From: Heptranchias perlo
Taxonomy: Eukaryota
Direction of reading: 5' to 3'
Length of the DNA stretch: 64,000 nucleotides
NCBI RefSeq assembly: GCF_035084215.1
Contig: NC_090351.1
Coordinates: 33,542,001-33,606,000, forward strand
This document shows, one piece after another, positions 58,626 to 64,000 of the stretch (its first letter is position 1; each line of letters begins with the position of its first letter). The position numbers were made by a program, and so were the translations under genes. Under the pieces are notes generated by a model, which searched no databases, had not been told where the DNA came from, and saw only the letters and a program-made list of their open reading frames with translations.

Positions 58626-59876
58626 GTAGGATACAATAATTTTTTTCTCTGCTTGTAAAATAATAGTCCCGTAACCATTTCAGGTTTATCTGAGCTGATC
58701 GCTTAGCAGTCATGTTGATAATATGCACAGAATATGTAAATATGTACCATGCAATATAATGGCGAGATACCTGGTGTTAGACCAAAAGTACACTTGACCA
58801 AAAAAATATGTTGGGTCAACAAGTTGAGTGTTGGTAGCCGTCCCCATGCCTTGTTCTACTTCTACAGCAGAGAAGCGTCATTATTTAAGAGGTTTCCCCT
58901 TCAAAATTCAGACTTGAATTTTAACATGGGTACTTTTAGGGGCAGAGAGAACTTGGCACAGTCCAGTGAACTGGTTCACTAAACCATGTTACTTTAGCAT
59001 GCAATTTTGTTATCGTCACAAACCTTATTATAGAGCTGTATTTTCCTACTTTGAATGGGCTATGGTTTTCAGAGAATGATTGCACAGCCTAATGAAAAGT
59101 TCTTTGTACAGCACTAGAATTTTATTTTTTTTTCTTTCTTGTATCACAGAAGTTATCCCAATGAATGTACATTCTGGGCCTACGTTAAGTCTAGCAACAT
59201 TCCATCGTAATTGGCTACATAAAATACATTACCTGACATGCCACCCTGAGTATCACCTCACCTCAGTATAATCAAATATCCACAGAAAGATTGTTACCAA
59301 ATGTCAGAACTTTCATTGTTTAGGTGATGGTTTATTAGCAAAAATATTCAATTTGTTAACAGATTCAACCTCAGTCTCCTGTTGCCATTGTATACAGTGA
59401 TGTGCATTTAATTTGACATGTGATCAATCGACATAATAAACACAATCAATGACCCGATAAGTCTGTCAAAAAACATCTTGCAACGCAATGGTTTTAGAAA
59501 AAAAATTTATAAAGGCAGTTGGGGGCAGTTTACGTCTACTCTGTAAAGCTAGAAATTATTGTTGGCCTCATCAGTCGATGAGCACGCAATTCGTCCGTAT
59601 GACACGTCCTGTCTGCTACTTTAACGCAGATATTAGCCCATTTATTTTAAGTGTTAACACGTCTGCTGAAATAGTGGATTGCAATCCAGAAGCGTTAAGC
59701 ATTCACCTGTTAATAACAATGAGAGTAATCTCTGAGCCACATTTCTTCAAAAACGGCGCAGGCTGTAGAATTGAAGCTGTCAGCTGAGATGAAGACATTG
59801 ATAAAAATGGAACTAAGTACTTCAGACTGTCCTTATAAAGTTAGAAAGTAAGTTTAAAGTATCGGTAACAGAAGCA

Positions 59877-60050
59877 TTATGATTGAAATGCAAGAGTAGG
59901 ATATTGAATTGATTCTGAAGCATCTGCAGCCTCCTACTGTTCATGATGAGGCTTCTCATAAATATAAGTGGGGAAGTCTTCTTGTATCTGAGTGCTGAAT
60001 TTGCTTGTTGCCATGTCATATGTGATATCTTGTCCATCATCTCTGAAAAA
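59877..60050 (-). pseudogene. Gene C: decayed ITIM exon of a third CD300/pIgR-like paralogue
   Basis: ttttaaaag|FFRDDGQDITYDMATSKFSTQIQEDFPTYIYEKPHHEQ*EAADASESIQYPTLAFQS* aligns end to end with the terminal exons of genes A and B; internal TAG at 59936-59934. Confidence 0.85.
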
Positions 60051-60234
60051 CTTTTAAAAAAGCATTTATAAATGATTGTTGCCATACTACAGTGTGTCGA
60101 TTGATTTCAAATAGAAGAAAATTTAACACTTGTGATTGATAAAGGATTCTGTTATAAAATGCTGCATTTTATTTTGTTGTACTTTCTTCCATAATTTCGT
60201 TGAGAAGCTGGAATAAATTAGAAGAAGGACTTAC

Positions 60235-60284
60235 CCATACAACTTTTCATTGTGCCCACAAGAATTTTTTAATAAGTTTTGTTT
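60235..60284 (-). CDS. Gene C putative short cytoplasmic exon carrying a stop codon
   Basis: catacag| and |gtaagt; 50 nt, compatible with phase 1-0 like the 41- and 53-nt exons of A and B; reads ETKLIKKFLWAQ*. Confidence 0.55.
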
Positions 60285-61414
60285 CTGTATGAATATATGA
60301 ATATAGCATAAAAACTTGGTGTCCAATTGATCCATGCTAACCACTTGGTTCTATCAGTCACATGGATCGTAGGGATCAGTTAGTTCCAAGAATCACATTA
60401 TACAATAAACACAGAAGGCAGCCATTACACCTCCACACCAAAAATTGAAAGTTGAAAGCTTAGGCCTGGTCAAGTTCTGGGCCCCTCATAAGCCTTGGAC
60501 TCAATTTATGAGCAGATGCAATCAGGGGTAACAGATGCTGAAGTCGACTCAATGTTTAACACTGCATGTTTCTTGTCCTCTCACCTCCCATGGAGACCTG
60601 GAATCCAATTGGGGCTCCAAGCTTCTAACAATTGTAGAAATGATCTTTTCTTGGGAGTGGAAGACTGGTGTGTGTTATTTTGTTATGTTGTCAAGTAATT
60701 CCTAGTTCTAGGCTATGAACCCTCAGCTCAAGCTCCAGGAGGCATCAAGGAGTAGGTGAGGGGGAGCCTGGGACAGAGTGACTGAGAAGGTGGAAAGGGA
60801 TCAATGAAGAAGGGTCAGGGGGAGCCAGCAGGGACACTAGGAGGCAGTGAAGAGGGAGATTAGGGTTGGCAGGTTGTTTGGGATAAGGTTGGGACCAGAA
60901 GGGATCAAACTGGGGATAATACTGCACCACCTAACTCATACCAAGAGCCTGATGAAAATTAAGCTCTAGAGTTTAAAATAAAGTTACAAAGATAAGAAAT
61001 TTAACACGCAGGCCAGGATTCTCCTCCCAGCTGCAGCACCAGAGGGGGCAGCTGGGCAGTTAAAGGGGCAGAAAGGTGTTGAAGGTTGGCACATTGACTG
61101 CTTTGTAGGCCTCGGCAGAGACTAAAGCTTATAAAGCAAGGTAAGTGGGGACCAGAATGAAGGGGAGGAGGCCCCTACAAGGCCCTTTCCGTCTGTGGGG
61201 AGACTTTAGGGCTGTTACTGCTGCTTCCCGAGACCTACTGTCAACTTCTCTATGGCGACCCTGGGAAGCAGCGGTAACAAATGAGGACAAGGAGGGAAAT
61301 CAGGCAGGATTGGGGGTGATAATCCAGCCCACACATTTTTTAAAGTATTAAAATAAATGAGCTTTACTTCATATTGTTTTCCTGGCTGTAATTAGAATGA
61401 TTAATTATTTAAAA

Positions 61415-64000
61415 TTTGGAGGGGGAGGGCGAACAGCCAGCTGTTGTGGTGCACATAGGCACCAACGATATAGGTAAAAAAGGGGATGAGGTCCTAAAAG
61501 CAGAATATAGGGAGTTAGGAGGTAAATTAAAAAATAGGACCTCAAAGGTAGTAATCTCAGGATTGCTGCCAGTGTCACGTACTAGTCAGAGTAGAAATAG
61601 GAGGATATTTCAAATGAATACGTGGCTAGAGGAATGGTGCAAGGGGGAGGGATTCAAATTCCTGGGACACTGGAAACGGTTCTGGGGGAGGTGGGACCAG
61701 TACAAACCGGACGGTCTGCACCTGGGCAGGGCCGGGACCGCTGTCCTAGGAGGAGTGTTTGCTGGTGCTGTTGGGGAGGGTTTAAACTAAAGTGGCAGGG
61801 GGTTGGGAACCTGAGCAGGGAGAGAGAGGAAAGCGTAACAGGAAGGGACAGAAGGTATGGAGTAATAGGTAAAGTGTTAAAAAAGGAAAAAGCAGGAACT
61901 AAGCGTCACAAAACAGATTTGAAAGTTCTTTATCTGAATGCACGTAGCATTCATAACAAAATGGACGAGTTAACGGCACAAATAACTACGTATGGGTATG
62001 ATCTTGTGGCCATTACAGAAACATGGCTGCAGGGTGACAACGACTGGGAATTAAATATGCCAGGGTATTTAACAATCAGGAAGGACAGGCAGGAAGGAAG
62101 GGGAGGTGGGGTGGCTATGTTAATAAAGGAAGGAATCACTGTAATACAGAGAAATGATATTGGGACAAAGCATCAAGATAATGAAACAGTTTGGGTGGAG
62201 ATAAGGAATAATAAGGGAAAAAAAACATTAGTGGGCGTAGTATATAGGCCTCCTAATAGTTGCAACTCTGCTGGAAGAAGTATTAATCAGGAAATAGTCG
62301 GGGCATGTAATAAGGGAACAGCCATAATTATGGGGGATTTTAATTATCATATTAACTGGACAAATCAAATTGGGCAGAGCAGCCTTGAGAACGAGTTCAT
62401 TGAGTGCATCAGGGATGGATTTCTTGAGCAGTATGTAACTGATCCTACAAGGGGGCAGGCAACCTTGGACCTGGTCCTGTGTAATGAGTCAGGATTAATT
62501 AATAATGTCCTAGTTAAGGATCCCCTTGGAACGAGCGACCACAACATGGTTGAATTCCATATCCAATTAGAGGGTGAGAAGGTTGATTCTCAAACAAGCG
62601 TACTGAGCTTGAATAAAGGAGACTATGATGGTATGAGAGCGGAATTGATTAAAGTGGACTGGGAAAATAGATTAAAGGGTAAGACGGTACATGAGCATTG
62701 GTGTTCATTTAGGGAGTTATTTTACAACTTTCAAAATAATATATTCCACTGAGGAAAAAAGGGTGTAAAAGCCATCCGTGGCTAAGTAAAGAAATCAAGG
62801 ATAGGATCCGACTAAAAACAAGGACATATAAGGTAGCCAAACTTAGTGGGAGGATAGAAGATTGGGAAGTCTTCAAAAGACAGCAAAAAGTAACTAAAGG
62901 ATTGATTAAGAAAGGGAAGTTAGATTATGAAAAGAAATTAGCAAAAAATATAAAAACAGATAGCAAGAGTTTCTATAGTTATATAAAAAGAAAAAGGGTG
63001 GCTAAGGCAAACGTAGGTCCCTTAGAGGATGAGACCGGGAAATTAATGGTGGGAAACATGGAGATGGCAAAAATGCTGAACAAATATTTTGTTTCAGTCT
63101 TTACAGTAGAGGACACTAAGAATATCCCAACACTGGACAAACAGGGGACTCTCGGGGGGGAGGAGCTAAATACGATTAAAATCACTCAGGAGATGGTACT
63201 CAGTAAAATAATGGGACTCAAGGCGGATAAATCCCCTGGACCTGATGGCTTACATCCTAGGGTCTTGAGGGAAGTGGCAGTAGGGATTGTGGATGCTTTG
63301 GTGATAGTTTTCCAAAATTCCCTGGACTCAGGAGAGGTCCCGGCAGATTGGAAAACTGCTAATGTAACACCGTTATTTAAAAAGGGTAGTAGGCAGAAGG
63401 CTGGAAATTATAGGCCAGTTAGCTTAACATCTGTGGTGGGTAAAATTTTGGAGACTATTATTAAGGAGACAGTAACGGAACATTTAGATAAGCATAATTT
63501 AATAGGACAAAGTCAGCATGGCTTTATGAAGGGGAAGTCATGTCTGACAAATTTGCTTGAGTTCTTTGAGGATATAACGTATAGGGTGGATAAAGGGGAA
63601 CCAGTGGACATAGTGTATTTAGACTTCCAGAAGGCATTCGACAAGGTGCCACATAAAAGATTATTACTTAAGATAAAAAATCACGGGATTGGGGGTAATA
63701 TTCTGGCATGGGTGGAGGATTGGTTATCGAACAGGAAGCAGAGAGTTGGGATAAATGGTTCATTTTCGGACTGGCAACCAGTAACCAGTGGTGTTCCACA
63801 GGGGTCGGTGCTGGGTCCCCAACTCTTTACAATCTATATTAACGATTTGGAGGAGGGGACCGAGTGCAACATATCAAAATTTGCAGATGATACAAAGATG
63901 GGAGGGAAAGTAGAGAGTGAGGAAGACATAAAAAACCTGCAAGGGGATATAGACAGGCTGGGTGAGTGGGCGGAGATTTGGCAGATGCAATATAATATTG
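61415..64000 (+). mobile_element. Young CR1 LINE: end of ORF1 (SGNH esterase), then ORF2 endonuclease and RT running off the window
   Basis: ORF1 VVHIGTND...DGLHL; ORF2 LYLNARSI, ITETW, GDFN, SDH; 1-nt frameshift near 62740; then QHGF, FQKAFDKVPH, PQGSVLGP, KFADD. Confidence 0.95.

Noticed and set aside
59822-60085. 87-aa minus-strand ORF as gene C coding frame
   Set aside because: The frame homologous to genes A and B is a different one, and it contains the stop.

Overview
Vertebrate genomic DNA, most likely a shark or other cartilaginous fish (inferred from the repeat content: CR1/L2 LINEs, Deu-type SINEs, Penelope-like elements). The + strand carries the last six coding exons of an AHCYL1/IRBIT-type S-adenosylhomocysteine hydrolase-like gene (39-8402). 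Converging on it from the - strand is a tandem cluster of CD300/pIgR/MDIR-family V-type Ig receptors, reconstructed here exon by exon. Gene A (33429-23149, 364 aa) has two pIgR-like V domains, a neutral TM and ITIMs. Gene B (51115-40092, 274 aa) has one CD300-like V domain, a mucin stalk, a neutral TM and ITIMs. The 3' end of a third paralogue, gene C (60284-59877), has a tail cut by stop codons and a decaying ITIM exon, as expected for a paired (inhibitory versus non-inhibitory) receptor family. Three young Penelope-like insertions have tails-out inverted structure, 12-13 bp TSDs and covarying hammerhead ribozymes; one is a spacer-less palindrome of about 990 bp. A LINE with a tRNA-SINE-like head and no room for ORF1 sits near its matching head+tail SINE. 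The rest is CR1, L2, SINE, hAT, Harbinger and LTR debris. No searches were run, so family names rest on motif recognition.
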